Of a stretch of DNA of 64,000 nucleotides, positions 47,593 through 57,359 are shown one piece after another. The notes beneath the pieces are model-generated. The model had not been told where the DNA came from, searched no databases, and saw nothing but the letters and a program-made list of their open reading frames with translations. Both the position numbers and the translations under genes were made by a program. The stretch lies in contig SCUL01000002.1 in assembly GCA_004297205.1 (NCBI GenBank), forward strand, positions 722,893 through 786,892, given 5' to 3'. Positions within the stretch are counted from its first letter, which is position 1. The number at the start of each line of letters is the position of its first letter. Origin of the DNA: Patescibacteria group bacterium. Lineage in GTDB: Bacteria; Patescibacteriota; Patescibacteriia; 2-12-FULL-57-11.

Positions 47593-48267
47593 ATGGCCAG
47601 CAAAGCCGCCAGCGCAAAGCGTCCCAGCACCCAGCAGTTTTTGGACATCGCCGAAATCAAGGAGGACGTCGTCATCATGAAGGACGGCACGCTCCGGGCG
47701 GTGCTGTTGTGTTCGTCCGTCAACTTCGCCCTGAAGTCGGAAGAGGAGCAGGAGGCCATCATCTCCGCCTACGTCGGCTTCCTGAACGCGCTCGAATACC
47801 CGCTCCAGATCGTGGTGCAGAGCCGGAAGCTGAACGTCGAGGAATACCTGAACCGTCTGTCCGAGGCGCAGCGTACCCAGACTAACGAACTGTTGAAGGC
47901 GCAGATCGCCGACTACCGGCAGTTCGTGTTCGAGCTGATTTCGCTCGGGCAGATCATGAGCAAGCGTTTCTACGTCGTGATTCCGTACGATCCCATGACC
48001 AACAAGCGCAAGGGGTTCTTCGCCCGGATGCGGGAAACGCTCGTGCCGGCGCTCTCGTTGCGGCTGCGCGAAGAGCAGTTCCGCCAGCGGCGCAAGGATT
48101 TGCTGTTGCGCGTCGACAGCGTCGCCTCGAATCTCGGCTCCATGAGCGTCTCCGCCGCCGTGCTCGACACCCAATCGTTGATCGAACTCTATTACACCGC
48201 CTACAACCCGGACGTCGCCGATTCGGAGAAGCTGACCGACGTCGGCAAAATGCGCATCGAAGCCTGA
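47593..48267 (+). CDS. VirB4-associated (TraC-like) conserved protein
   Basis: STQQFLDIAEIKEDVVIMKDG.LRAVL...NFALKSEEEQ...LQIVVQSR; directly precedes VirB4. Confidence 0.75.
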   Translation: MASKAASAKRPSTQQFLDIAEIKEDVVIMKDGTLRAVLLCSSVNFALKSEEEQEAIISAYVGFLNALEYPLQIVVQSRKLNVEEYLNRLSEAQRTQTNELLKAQIADYRQFVFELISLGQIMSKRFYVVIPYDPMTNKRKGFFARMRETLVPALSLRLREEQFRQRRKDLLLRVDSVASNLGSMSVSAAVLDTQSLIELYYTAYNPDVADSEKLTDVGKMRIEA

Positions 48268-48268
48268 T

Positions 48269-50173
48269 ATGGCCTTCCAACCCTTCAAAGCGCTCCGCGG
48301 CAAGCGCGCCCCGATCGATGTCGGCGGCACGCTGGTGACGGACACCGAAGCCAAGAAGAAGATCGCCGTCGAAAGGGAAGCGCTCGAGGAAGAGCGCGTG
48401 TATCGGCGCGGCACCGTCTCCATCAAGGATCTGATCGCTCCGGCGGCGATGAAGGTCGAACCGTCGCACGTGCTGCTCGGCGACATGTACGTGCGCACCA
48501 TCTTCGTCGTGACCTATCCGCGCTACGTTTCCGTGGGGTGGTTCACGCCGATCCTGAATTTGAACCTGATGCTCGACGTGGGCATGTTCTTCTACCCGGT
48601 GAAGGCCCACATCATCCTCAAACAGCTCAAGAACAAGGTCGGTACCATCGAGGCGCAGATCCTTTCGGACGCGGAAAAGGGCGCGCCGCGCGATCCCTTG
48701 CGCGAAACGGCGCTGCGCGACATCGAAAAGCTCCGCGACGACCTGACCCAGGGGATCGAGCATTTCTTCCAATACGCCCTCTACGTCACGATGTACGCCA
48801 AGAGCAAGGAAGAGCTCGACCGTTACACGCAGGATGTGGAGAACATTTTCGGCGGCAAGCTGATCTACAGCAAGAAAGTCTTCTACCAGGCGGAGCAGGG
48901 CTTCAACTCCACGCTCCCGCTCGGCAACGACGAGCTGCAGATCACCTTCAACATGAACAGCTCGCCGATCGCCTCGAGCTTCCCGTTCACCTCGGCCGAC
49001 CTGACGTCGGACAACGGCATTCTCTACGGCATCAACCGCCACAACAATTCACTGATCCTGTTCGACCGTTTCTCGCTGCAGAATGCCAACGCCGTGGTCT
49101 TCGCCACCTCCGGCGCCGGAAAATCGTACGCCGTGAAGCTCGAAGTGCTCCGCTCGCTGATGCTCGGCACCGACGTGCTGATCATCGACCCGGAAATGGA
49201 GTACAAGCATCTCTCGGACGCCGTCGGCGGCGCCTACATCAACATTTCGCTGGCTTCCGATTCCAAGATCAATCCGTTCGAGCTGCCGCGCCCGGTCGGG
49301 GAGCAGGTTTCGGTCGAGGACATCATCCGGAGCGCCGTCATTACATTGAAAGGCCTGATCCGCCTCATGCTCGGCGGCAAAATAACGACGGCCGAAGACT
49401 CGATCATCGACCGCGCGCTTCTTGAAACGTACGCCAAAAAAGACATCGTGCCGGGCGCGGACCTGTCGCGCGTCGAGCCGCCGATCTTCCAGGATTTCCA
49501 GGAAGTACTCCAGGGTATGGAAGGCGCGGGCGACCTGGTGGAGCGGCTCAAGAAATACACGGAAGGCACCTTCGCCGGTCTCATCAACTCGCCGACCACG
49601 GTCGACATCCGGAATTCCCTCGTCATCTTCTCGGTCCGCGACCTGGAAGACGAACTGCGGCCGATGGCCATCTACACCATCGTCAACTTCATCTGGAACG
49701 TGGTGCGCTCCGAGCGCAAGCGGCGCATCCTCGTCATCGACGAAGCCTGGTGGCTCATGCAGCATGAGGATTCGGCCAAGTTCATCTTCGCGCTGGTGAA
49801 GCGCTGCCGCAAATACTACCTGGGCGTCACCACCATCACCCAGGACGTCAACGACTTCCTGACGTCCCCCTACGGCCAGGCCATCGTCACCAACTCCTCG
49901 CTGCAGATGCTTTTGAAGCAGTCGCCGGCCTCGATCGAGCTGATCGCCAAAACCTTCCTGCTGACGCAAGGGGAGAAATATCTGCTGCTCGAGAGCGGGG
50001 TCGGTGAAGGCATTTTCTTCGCCGGACAGAAACACGCCGCCATCAAGATCGTGGCCTCGTACGCCGAAGACCAGGTCATCACCTCCGACCCGCGGCAGCT
50101 GCTCGAAATCGAGCAGGCCAAGAAGGAATTCCAACAGCAGTCCGCCGCCGCGGAAGGCGCTCCCGCCGTATGA
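48269..50173 (+). CDS. virB4: VirB4-like type IV secretion ATPase
   Basis: Walker A ATSGAGKS, IIDPEMEY, INPF, Walker B LVIDEAW, RKYYLG..TITQ. Confidence 0.9.
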   Translation: MAFQPFKALRGKRAPIDVGGTLVTDTEAKKKIAVEREALEEERVYRRGTVSIKDLIAPAAMKVEPSHVLLGDMYVRTIFVVTYPRYVSVGWFTPILNLNLMLDVGMFFYPVKAHIILKQLKNKVGTIEAQILSDAEKGAPRDPLRETALRDIEKLRDDLTQGIEHFFQYALYVTMYAKSKEELDRYTQDVENIFGGKLIYSKKVFYQAEQGFNSTLPLGNDELQITFNMNSSPIASSFPFTSADLTSDNGILYGINRHNNSLILFDRFSLQNANAVVFATSGAGKSYAVKLEVLRSLMLGTDVLIIDPEMEYKHLSDAVGGAYINISLASDSKINPFELPRPVGEQVSVEDIIRSAVITLKGLIRLMLGGKITTAEDSIIDRALLETYAKKDIVPGADLSRVEPPIFQDFQEVLQGMEGAGDLVERLKKYTEGTFAGLINSPTTVDIRNSLVIFSVRDLEDELRPMAIYTIVNFIWNVVRSERKRRILVIDEAWWLMQHEDSAKFIFALVKRCRKYYLGVTTITQDVNDFLTSPYGQAIVTNSSLQMLLKQSPASIELIAKTFLLTQGEKYLLLESGVGEGIFFAGQKHAAIKIVASYAEDQVITSDPRQLLEIEQAKKEFQQQSAAAEGAPAV

Positions 50174-50793
50174 CCCGCCGTCAGCGTCTGATCATCATCG
50201 GCGTGCTCGTCAGCCTCGTCGCGCTCGGTATCGCGGCGTTTCTGGTGCTGCGTCCCGCGCCTGCCGTGAACACGCCGGCCGAGCAGCCGGAAACGCCGGG
50301 CCTGCCGCTCGCGCCTTCCACGAACCAGCCCGTCAACGCGCCGGCTTCACCCGCGACGTCGACCCCTGCTCCGACGCCGACCTTCAGCCGCGCCTCGGCC
50401 CGGGAAATCCTCGAACAGCAACTGAAAACGAGCGGCGCGCAGTTCGCCGAACGCTTCGGCACCTACTCCAACCAAGGCGATTTTCAGAACCTGATCGACC
50501 TGTTTCCGCTCATGACGGAGCGCATGCAGCAGCAGACCCAGCGCACCATCGACGCCGCCAGCGCCGCAACATCGACCCCGAGCACGTACGTCGGCGTCAC
50601 GACGCGTCCGGTGACGACGACGGTCGTTTCCGTGGATGAGACAGGCGGCCGCGCCACGATCCGGGTCTCCGCCCAGCGAGCCACCCAGACCGGCGACGCC
50701 CAGCCCGTGACGCGCTACGAAACCCTGACCATCGAGTTCCGGAACCAGCAGAACGTATGGAAGGTCGACAGCGCCCGGTGGTCGACGCCCTGA
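50170..50793 (+). CDS. Bitopic protein with an NTF2/VirB8-like C-terminal domain
   Basis: N-terminal TM, Pro/Thr linker, FAERFGTYS, WKVDSA end. Confidence 0.6.
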   Translation: MTRRQRLIIIGVLVSLVALGIAAFLVLRPAPAVNTPAEQPETPGLPLAPSTNQPVNAPASPATSTPAPTPTFSRASAREILEQQLKTSGAQFAERFGTYSNQGDFQNLIDLFPLMTERMQQQTQRTIDAASAATSTPSTYVGVTTRPVTTTVVSVDETGGRATIRVSAQRATQTGDAQPVTRYETLTIEFRNQQNVWKVDSARWSTP

Positions 50794-51419
50794 GGCGGCC
50801 GGTCCGGTGGTTGCTCGACGCCCTCTTTCCCGACGCCTGCGCCGGCTGCGGAGCCGAGCGGACGATCGTCTGCGACGCTTGCTGGGCCGCCATGCCGTTC
50901 ATGAGCGAACCGCAGCGGCTCGCCGAGCTCGACGTCTGGAGCGTGACTCGTTTCCAGGCACCGGTGGTCCGCGGCGTGGTCCATGCGCTCAAATACGGAC
51001 GACGTCCCGAGGCGGCGGCGCGCATCGCGGAAGCGCTGGCACGGCATCCGGCCGCGGACCTGCTGCGTGCGACACCCTGGCGCATCGTCCCCGTTCCGAT
51101 GCATGCGGCGCGCGAACGGCGGCGCGGCGCCAACCAGGCCCGCACCCTGGCGTGGCTGCTGGCAGAGGCCGGGTGCGGGACGGTCGACGATGTGCTGTTG
51201 CGCGTGCGGCGCACCGGGACGCAGACCGCGCTAGACCGCGCGCAGCGCGAGCGCAACGTCAAAGATGCCTTCCGTAGCCGCACTTTCGCGGATCCGCAGG
51301 CGGCATATCTGCTCGTCGACGACGTGGTGACGACCGGCGCGACCCTCACATCCGCAGCCCGCGCGCTCACGGATGCGGGCGCCACGCGGGTCGCGGCCTG
51401 GACGTTCGCCGCGGATTGA
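50757..51419 (+). CDS. comF: ComF family phosphoribosyltransferase
   Basis: LFPDACAGC...CDAC, VPVPMH...RG.NQA, LVDDVVTTGATL; start uncertain. Confidence 0.9.
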   Translation: MEGRQRPVVDALRRPVRWLLDALFPDACAGCGAERTIVCDACWAAMPFMSEPQRLAELDVWSVTRFQAPVVRGVVHALKYGRRPEAAARIAEALARHPAADLLRATPWRIVPVPMHAARERRRGANQARTLAWLLAEAGCGTVDDVLLRVRRTGTQTALDRAQRERNVKDAFRSRTFADPQAAYLLVDDVVTTGATLTSAARALTDAGATRVAAWTFAAD

Positions 51420-51444
51420 CACCCTTCTTCCGTGCCGCTACAGT
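51416..51444 (+). promoter_or_regulatory. Sigma70 promoter for the tRNA-Ser pair
   Basis: TTGACA-N17-TACAGT ending 10 nt upstream of the tRNA. Confidence 0.8.
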
Positions 51445-51454
51445 GGCACCGCCT

Positions 51455-51548
51455 GGAGAGGTACCCAAGTGGTTGAAGGGGGGAGATTGCTAATCTCCTA
51501 GGTCGGGGTCTTCCCGGCGCGAGGGTTCGAATCCCTCCCTCTCCGCCA
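51455..51548 (+). tRNA. tRNA-Ser(GCT)
   Basis: GGAGA-TTGCTAA-TCTCC anticodon arm, long variable arm, GCCA end. Confidence 0.96.
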
Positions 51549-51549
51549 C

Positions 51550-51639
51550 GGAGAGGTGCCCGAGTGGTTGAAGGGAACGGTCTTGAAAACCGTAAGGCCA
51601 GCAATGGCCTCGTGGGTTCGAATCCTACCCTCTCCGCCA
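51550..51639 (+). tRNA. tRNA-Ser(TGA)
   Basis: ACGGT-CTTGAAA-ACCGT anticodon arm, variable arm, GCCA end. Confidence 0.96.
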
Positions 51640-51655
51640 AAGGTAATTCCATTCT

Positions 51656-52159
51656 ATGGAGGACACGCAGAACACGTTCCGCGGCCCGCACGGCGAGGTG
51701 CATTTCGCCTGGATGGTCGACGAGTATCCCGTCTACCGTCGCGGCTGGGCCTGGTACCTTGTCGCCGACATCATCGGCGCGGGCATGGTGCTGTACGCGT
51801 TGGTGACGCTGAACTTCCTGTTCGCGCTCATCGTCGTCATCTTCGGCATCGTGCTGACGCTGTCCGCCGCGCGCCGTCCGGTGCGGCTCCGGTTCGCGGT
51901 CACGGAGGACGGCCTTGAAATGGGACACCGGTTCGTTCCTTGGAAGGACCTGTCGCGGTTCTCCGTGGTGTACGATCCGCCGGCCGTGAAGACGTTGTAC
52001 TTCGACTTCAAGAGCGCGATGGTGCCAGATTTGGCCGTGCCGCTCGAACAGATGAATCCGAACGTCGTGCGCAAAGCGTTGCTCACCTACATCGACGAAG
52101 ACCTGACGCGCGACTCCGAGCCAGTCACCGACTACCTGGCACGCGTGCTGAAGTTTTAA
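51656..52159 (+). CDS. Conserved 2-TM membrane protein with a PH-like tail
   Basis: W...EY..Y.RGW.WY, two TMs, FAVTEDGLEMG..FVPWKDL. Confidence 0.8.
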   Translation: MEDTQNTFRGPHGEVHFAWMVDEYPVYRRGWAWYLVADIIGAGMVLYALVTLNFLFALIVVIFGIVLTLSAARRPVRLRFAVTEDGLEMGHRFVPWKDLSRFSVVYDPPAVKTLYFDFKSAMVPDLAVPLEQMNPNVVRKALLTYIDEDLTRDSEPVTDYLARVLKF

Positions 52160-52170
52160 GAAGAAGGAAC

Positions 52171-52247
52171 GCAGCCATAGCTCAGCTGGATAGAGCGTCA
52201 GCTTGCGGAGCTGAAGGTCGTTGGTTCGACTCCAACTGGCTGCACCA
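52171..52247 (+). tRNA. tRNA-Arg(GCG)
   Basis: TCAGC-TTGCGGA-GCTGA anticodon arm; D-loop with A20; CCA. Confidence 0.93.
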
Positions 52248-52281
52248 GAAAAAGCGTCCCGTCTCCGGGGCGCTTTTTCTT
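52248..52281 (+). terminator. Terminator after tRNA-Arg
   Basis: AAAAAGCGTCCC...GGGGCGCTTTTT. Confidence 0.75.
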
Positions 52282-52331
52282 TGCATAAAAAAAGAGGCCT
52301 CGGTCCGCGCACGGGCGAACCGAGGGTGCCG

Positions 52332-53267
52332 CTAGAAGCGGCCGGAGAGCGAGAGCGAGGCGCGGTCGGGGCCGAGGGAGGGCGTGATGCTCACCGCCGG
52401 ATGTTCCGTGCCGGGCTCCAACAGCAGGAACGCCGTGCCGAGGCCGGCGAAGGCGGCCGCTGCGCCCAGGAAGACGAACTGCAGGACTTCGAGGGTCGCG
52501 GCTTCGTCGCAGAGCGACCGGACCGCGGCTTCGTCGTACGTCCAGCCGTTCCCTTCACCCGCCTCCGTGCAGATGTTGGTCGTTCCCGGCGGGACGCGCT
52601 CCCGGTACGTGGCGTACGCCGGATCGTGCTGGATGTCGTTGATGCGGACGGCCGAAGCGACCGTGGCGACGAGCCAGGCTGCTCCGATCGCGAACGAGCC
52701 GATCCCCAGTCCGATGTACAGGCCGCGGTCGGGCGCGGCGTGCACGACCGGCTGCTGCGCTTCGGCAGCGGGCCGCGGCATGCGGGTCCGGATGTCCAGG
52801 TCCTCTGCCCCGAGCAGCGTCTGGAGCCGGGCGGTGAGCTCGGCCTCGCTGCCGTCAGTTCGGATGGACCGGTAGGCGCTCCCCGCGTATCTGCCCGCAG
52901 CCACGTCGTAATGCTGCAGGGCGATGGTGAACGGGTTGGACTCGACCGCATTGTGCTCCCGGAGCGTTCCGAACACGATGTGGCCGACGCCGGTCGCCTG
53001 GGCGATGCGCGGCAGGCACTCGCGGTCCGACTGCTGCTCGTCGCATCCGTGCGCGACGCGCGCCGCGGGGAACGTCAACCGCGCCGGGTTGACCTCCCAT
53101 CCCTGCACGGCCGCGATCTCCGCCCGCAGCCGCTCGGTCAGGAGCGCCGCCGTGTCGCGGTGCGCCTCGCTCGACGCCAGCTCGAGCACGAGTACCGATT
53201 CCTGCGCCAGCGCGGCGCCGGGGAACGCGGCGAGGGCCGCGAGAAGGACGGAAAAGAACACTCTCAT
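52332..53267 (-). CDS. Secreted/membrane protein with a myxobacterial-style C-terminus
   Basis: Signal peptide ending ALA; C...C paired domain; two Gly-rich hydrophobic segments; terminal SITPSLG...LSLSGRF; GGAGG SD; TTGACA-N17-TAGGGT. Confidence 0.72.
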   Translation of the reverse strand: MRVFFSVLLAALAAFPGAALAQESVLVLELASSEAHRDTAALLTERLRAEIAAVQGWEVNPARLTFPAARVAHGCDEQQSDRECLPRIAQATGVGHIVFGTLREHNAVESNPFTIALQHYDVAAGRYAGSAYRSIRTDGSEAELTARLQTLLGAEDLDIRTRMPRPAAEAQQPVVHAAPDRGLYIGLGIGSFAIGAAWLVATVASAVRINDIQHDPAYATYRERVPPGTTNICTEAGEGNGWTYDEAAVRSLCDEAATLEVLQFVFLGAAAAFAGLGTAFLLLEPGTEHPAVSITPSLGPDRASLSLSGRF

Positions 53268-53354
53268 GTGACTTCCTCCGCAGGCACCCTAGTCAAAAAA
53301 TGGCCGAATGTCAAGGATCTTCCCTTGATTCGTACCGGCCGTTACAATCCGCCC

Positions 53355-55397
53355 ATGCCGCTTGAGACGCCCATCATTGCCGCCGTCCCGCTGTTGAAGC
53401 GCCACGCCAAAGCGTTCGAGGCGCTGGGGCTTGCCACGCTCGGAGACATGCTCGGCCACTACCCGTTCCGCTACGAGGACTACTCGCGGACGGTGCCGTT
53501 GTCCTCCGTCGTGCCGGGGGAGGACGTCACGGTGCGGGTCCGGCTGGAGCAGATCCGCAACCGCCGGAGTTTCTTCGGTCCGCGTCGGATCATCACCGAG
53601 GGGCTCGTTGCCGACGGGAGCGGCAAGGCACGGGTCCTGTGGTTCGGCCAGTTTTATCTGACGAAGACGCATCTCCCGGGCAGCGAGGTGTTTCTGGCCG
53701 GCCGGGCGCGACGCACTGCAGCGGGGCTCCAGTTCATCTCGCCGACCATCGAAGCCGTGCGCGCCGAGCAGATGCACACCGGGCGCATCGTGCCGGTCTA
53801 CCCGACCTCCGGCACGCTGTCCGTGAAACATTTGCGTCTGGCAGCCAAGGCGGCGCTCCCTGCCTGCGAGGAGCTGCGTGAGTGGCTGCCGACGGGCGTC
53901 CGGCATCGCCTGCATCTGACCGACCTGCGGCGCGCGACGCGCGCCGCGCATTTCCCGCCGGACCAGCCGACGCTCGACGCCGCGCAGGAGCGCATTGCCG
54001 CGGGGGAGTTGTTCCTGCGGGTGCTTGTCGCCGAACGGGCGCGGGCAGAACTGGCGCAAACCCGTGCCGTGCCGGTGCCGTTTCCGGAAGCCGTGATCAA
54101 AGCGTTCGTAGCCGGTCTGCCGTTTGCGATCACCGACGGCCAACGCCGTGCCGCGTGGGACGCGCTTCGGGATATGGCGAAGGAGCGCCCGATGCACCGG
54201 CTTTTGAACGGCGATGTCGGTTCCGGAAAAACCGCGGTCGCCGCCATCGCCGCCCGGGCCGTGGCCGCGTCCGGCGGCCAGACCGCCGTGCTCGTGCCGA
54301 CCGAGGTCCTGGCTGTGCAGCACGGGCGCACGTTTTCCGCATGGTTCGCTCCGGCGGGGGTCTCCGTGATGACGCTTACCGCCGGGATGCGCGCGGCGGA
54401 AAAAGAAGCGGCGAAGTCCGCCATCGCTTCCGGCGCCGCGCAAGTGGTGATCGGCACGCAGGCGTTGCTCGAAGACGCCGTGGCCTTCCGTGACCTGCGC
54501 CTGGCCGTGGTCGACGAACAGCATCGCTTCGGCGTGCGCCAGCGCCAGGCGCTGCACCGCAAGCGCGCGGACGGTGCCCTGCCGCACCTGCTCTCGCTTA
54601 CCGCAACGCCCATTCCGCGGACGCTGTCGCTCGCCGTGTTCGGCGACCTCGACGTGTCCGTCATTCCGACCCGTCCCGCCGGGCGCACAGCGATCGCGAC
54701 CGAGATTGTCGGTGCGGGAACGGCACCGGCCGATCGGGGTATTGCCGCCGCCATTGCCGCAGGGGAGCAGGTCTTCGTCATTTGCCCGGCCATCGACGAG
54801 CGGCCGGAAAGCGGCCGCGAGGCGGTCGTTGCCGAACATCGCCGTTTGCAAAAACTCCTTCCGGACGCCCACGTCGCACTGATGCACGGCAAACTCACGT
54901 CCGCCCGGAAACGAGAGATCATGGAGCGGTTCGCTTCCGGCGCGCCGGGCGTCCTGGTGTCGACGACGGTCATCGAAGTCGGTATCGATCTGCCGCGCGC
55001 GACCCTCATGGTGGTCCGCTCCGCCGAACGCTTCGGCCTGGCCCAGCTCCACCAGCTTCGCGGCCGGGTCGGACGCGGCGTGCTGCCGGGCCGCTGTTTG
55101 CTCCTCACCGAATCCGAGGCGCCCGCGGCCATGGCCAGGTTGAACGCACTGGTCTCATCCGCGGATGGCTTCGCCTTGGCGGAAGAGGACCTTCGTTTGC
55201 GGGGACCGGGGGATCTGCTCGGCACCATGCAGTCCGGCATGCAGGCGGCCTGGCAACCCGCCCTGCTGGACCCGAAAAAGATCGCCGTTCTTCAAGAAGA
55301 GTCCCGGGCGCTGCTCGCCGAGGACCCCGAGTTTGCCGCGCATGAGGAGCTCGCGGCCGTGTTTTCCCGCTTCGAGCGGACCATCCACCGCGAATAG
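53355..55397 (+). CDS. recG: ATP-dependent DNA helicase RecG
   Basis: YPFRYED, RLLNGDVGSGKT, VVDEQHRFGVRQR, TATPIPRTL, AERFGLAQLHQLRGRVGRG; start ATG 53355. Confidence 0.97.
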   Translation: MPLETPIIAAVPLLKRHAKAFEALGLATLGDMLGHYPFRYEDYSRTVPLSSVVPGEDVTVRVRLEQIRNRRSFFGPRRIITEGLVADGSGKARVLWFGQFYLTKTHLPGSEVFLAGRARRTAAGLQFISPTIEAVRAEQMHTGRIVPVYPTSGTLSVKHLRLAAKAALPACEELREWLPTGVRHRLHLTDLRRATRAAHFPPDQPTLDAAQERIAAGELFLRVLVAERARAELAQTRAVPVPFPEAVIKAFVAGLPFAITDGQRRAAWDALRDMAKERPMHRLLNGDVGSGKTAVAAIAARAVAASGGQTAVLVPTEVLAVQHGRTFSAWFAPAGVSVMTLTAGMRAAEKEAAKSAIASGAAQVVIGTQALLEDAVAFRDLRLAVVDEQHRFGVRQRQALHRKRADGALPHLLSLTATPIPRTLSLAVFGDLDVSVIPTRPAGRTAIATEIVGAGTAPADRGIAAAIAAGEQVFVICPAIDERPESGREAVVAEHRRLQKLLPDAHVALMHGKLTSARKREIMERFASGAPGVLVSTTVIEVGIDLPRATLMVVRSAERFGLAQLHQLRGRVGRGVLPGRCLLLTESEAPAAMARLNALVSSADGFALAEEDLRLRGPGDLLGTMQSGMQAAWQPALLDPKKIAVLQEESRALLAEDPEFAAHEELAAVFSRFERTIHRE

Positions 55398-55473
55398 GCT
55401 TGACGGCAGCCATTTTTTCCTATAAGGTCCTGGCCTCCTTGCCGGGCTCGCCGTCAGGAGAGAAGGAGAATTC

Positions 55474-55971
55474 GTGAGGAACGGACGAATGCAGCCGATC
55501 GCCTGCGCACAATGCGCCGGCGTGGAACGCGAAGACCCGGACGAGGAGATGATTCTCCTGCTGCATCCGGTGCACGGCCTGATTTGGGCCGTGCACGGTG
55601 GCAGCTGCGCGCGGGACTTCTTCCGCATTCAGCGGGGACGGCTGACGCCGATGCTCGAGAAGATGCAGGCCTACGACGCTGCGACCTGGATCAAGCTCCA
55701 GGTCCGCATCGGGTCCGCGGCTTGGTTCGACCCGGCAACGGTCAATCCGCACCGCTTCGTGTGCGCGGTCCAGGACGCGCTCCAGACGCTCGGGCTCACC
55801 CCGATGCGAGCGGCCTGCAACGCAGCGGACGTGAGCAGCGATACGTGCTTCCTCTGGTACGAGGATCTGGCCGACGTGCTGCGGGCGTTCAACATGACGC
55901 CGCCGGAGCCGGTAAGCGATCCTGTCGGTCCGCAGCTGCGGCTCATCTCGAGCACGCCGCCGCCGGCCTGA
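55474..55971 (+). CDS. Hypothetical protein (orphan)
   Basis: AAGGAG SD, TTGACG-N17-TAAGGT promoter, CxxC near the N-terminus. Confidence 0.6.
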   Translation: MRNGRMQPIACAQCAGVEREDPDEEMILLLHPVHGLIWAVHGGSCARDFFRIQRGRLTPMLEKMQAYDAATWIKLQVRIGSAAWFDPATVNPHRFVCAVQDALQTLGLTPMRAACNAADVSSDTCFLWYEDLADVLRAFNMTPPEPVSDPVGPQLRLISSTPPPA

Positions 55972-55981
55972 TCCGCGCGTC

Positions 55982-57343
55982 TCACGACGCCGCGGAACGC
56001 TGCTCACGCGGCGTTTCTTTTTTTACCTGAAGGAGGGAAAGGGCGGCGCGCACGTCGGACACGGCCCTGAGCTGCGCGTGTTTTCCGGTCGGCCCGATCA
56101 GTTCCTTGGTGCCGAGACGGACGGCATCGCTGATGCGGGTTTGCGCGTCGGGCGCGGCACGGACTTCGCCGGTGAGCCCCAGTTCCCCGAATACCGCGCT
56201 TTTGGCGGGCAGGGGAGCACCGGAGAGCGCCGAGGCTACGGCCAGGACGACGGCGAGGTCCGCGGCGGGTTCGTCGAGGGTGATACCGCCGGCCACGCTC
56301 ACATAGACGTCGTGGTTGGCGAGCGACACGCCGCCGCGGCGTTCCAGGACGGCCAGCAAAACGTTCAGCCGATTGGTGTCGAAACCGGTGGCACGCCGTA
56401 CCGGGTAGCCGAAGACCGTTTTGTTGGTGAGCGCCTGGACTTCGACGAGCAGCGTCCGGCTGCCTTCGCGGATGACGGCAACCGCGGTGCCGGGGAGGGG
56501 AACGGCCCGCTCGGAAAAGAGTGCGGCCTGCGCGGCCGAGGCGTCCGTCAGCCCTTTTTCCGTCATTTCCAGAAGGCCGACTTCCCGGCTTGAACCGAAG
56601 CGGTTTTTGGTCGCGCGCAAGATACGCACCGGCCGCGACTCGTCGCCTTCGAGCGACAGGACGACGTCGACGAGGTGTTCGAGCGTCTTGGGACCGGCCA
56701 CGCCGCCGTCTTTCGTCACTTGGCCGATCACGACCGTGGTGATGCCGTCTTTCTTGGCGACGCCGGCCAGTGTCGCGATGGCCGCGCGCATTTCGCCGAT
56801 GCCACCGGACTCGGATCCGGAAGCGGCCGCGCGCAGCGTTTGCACTGAGTCGACGATCAGGAGCGCCGGCCGGGCGGCGCGCGCCGCGGCGACCACGGCG
56901 TCGGCATCCGTATCGCTTGAAAACGAGAGCTGCGCGCCGGCGCAACCCAGCCGGCGCATGCGCAGGGCAATCTGTTCGGGTGATTCTTCGCCGCAGACGT
57001 AAAGCACGGGACCGCCGATGCGTTCGGCAAGGGAGAGGATGAGCGTCGATTTGCCGACGCCCGGTTCGCCGGCCAGCAGGATGAGCGAGCCGGGAACAAA
57101 GCCGCCGCCCAAAACGCGGTCGACCTCCGCCGAGCCGGTCGTGGTGCGCGCAGGCAGGGCGTCGCGCACATCGGCGGCGCGGACGGTCTTGGCGGGCGCG
57201 ACGGCCGCCGCCTGCGTTGCGGGCGCGCTGCCGCCCTCGATTTCAAGGACCGTGCCCCAGCGACCGCAGTCAAAACAACGCCCGCTCCACTTGGGAAACT
57301 GGGCGTCGCAATTCGAGCAACGGTACAGAGGGCCGCTCTTCAT
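55982..57343 (-). CDS. radA: DNA repair protein RadA/Sms
   Basis: CSNC...KWSGRCFDC zinc finger, GEPGVGKSTL, KNRFG, FGELGLTGEVR. Confidence 0.97.
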   Translation of the reverse strand: MKSGPLYRCSNCDAQFPKWSGRCFDCGRWGTVLEIEGGSAPATQAAAVAPAKTVRAADVRDALPARTTTGSAEVDRVLGGGFVPGSLILLAGEPGVGKSTLILSLAERIGGPVLYVCGEESPEQIALRMRRLGCAGAQLSFSSDTDADAVVAAARAARPALLIVDSVQTLRAAASGSESGGIGEMRAAIATLAGVAKKDGITTVVIGQVTKDGGVAGPKTLEHLVDVVLSLEGDESRPVRILRATKNRFGSSREVGLLEMTEKGLTDASAAQAALFSERAVPLPGTAVAVIREGSRTLLVEVQALTNKTVFGYPVRRATGFDTNRLNVLLAVLERRGGVSLANHDVYVSVAGGITLDEPAADLAVVLAVASALSGAPLPAKSAVFGELGLTGEVRAAPDAQTRISDAVRLGTKELIGPTGKHAQLRAVSDVRAALSLLQVKKETPREQRSAAS

Positions 57344-57359
57344 GCCCTGAGCCTATCAC

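Noticed and set aside
52221-53354. Apparent 378-aa N-terminal extension of RecG
   Set aside because: It overlaps tRNA-Arg and a credible - strand gene; RecG homology starts at ATG 53355
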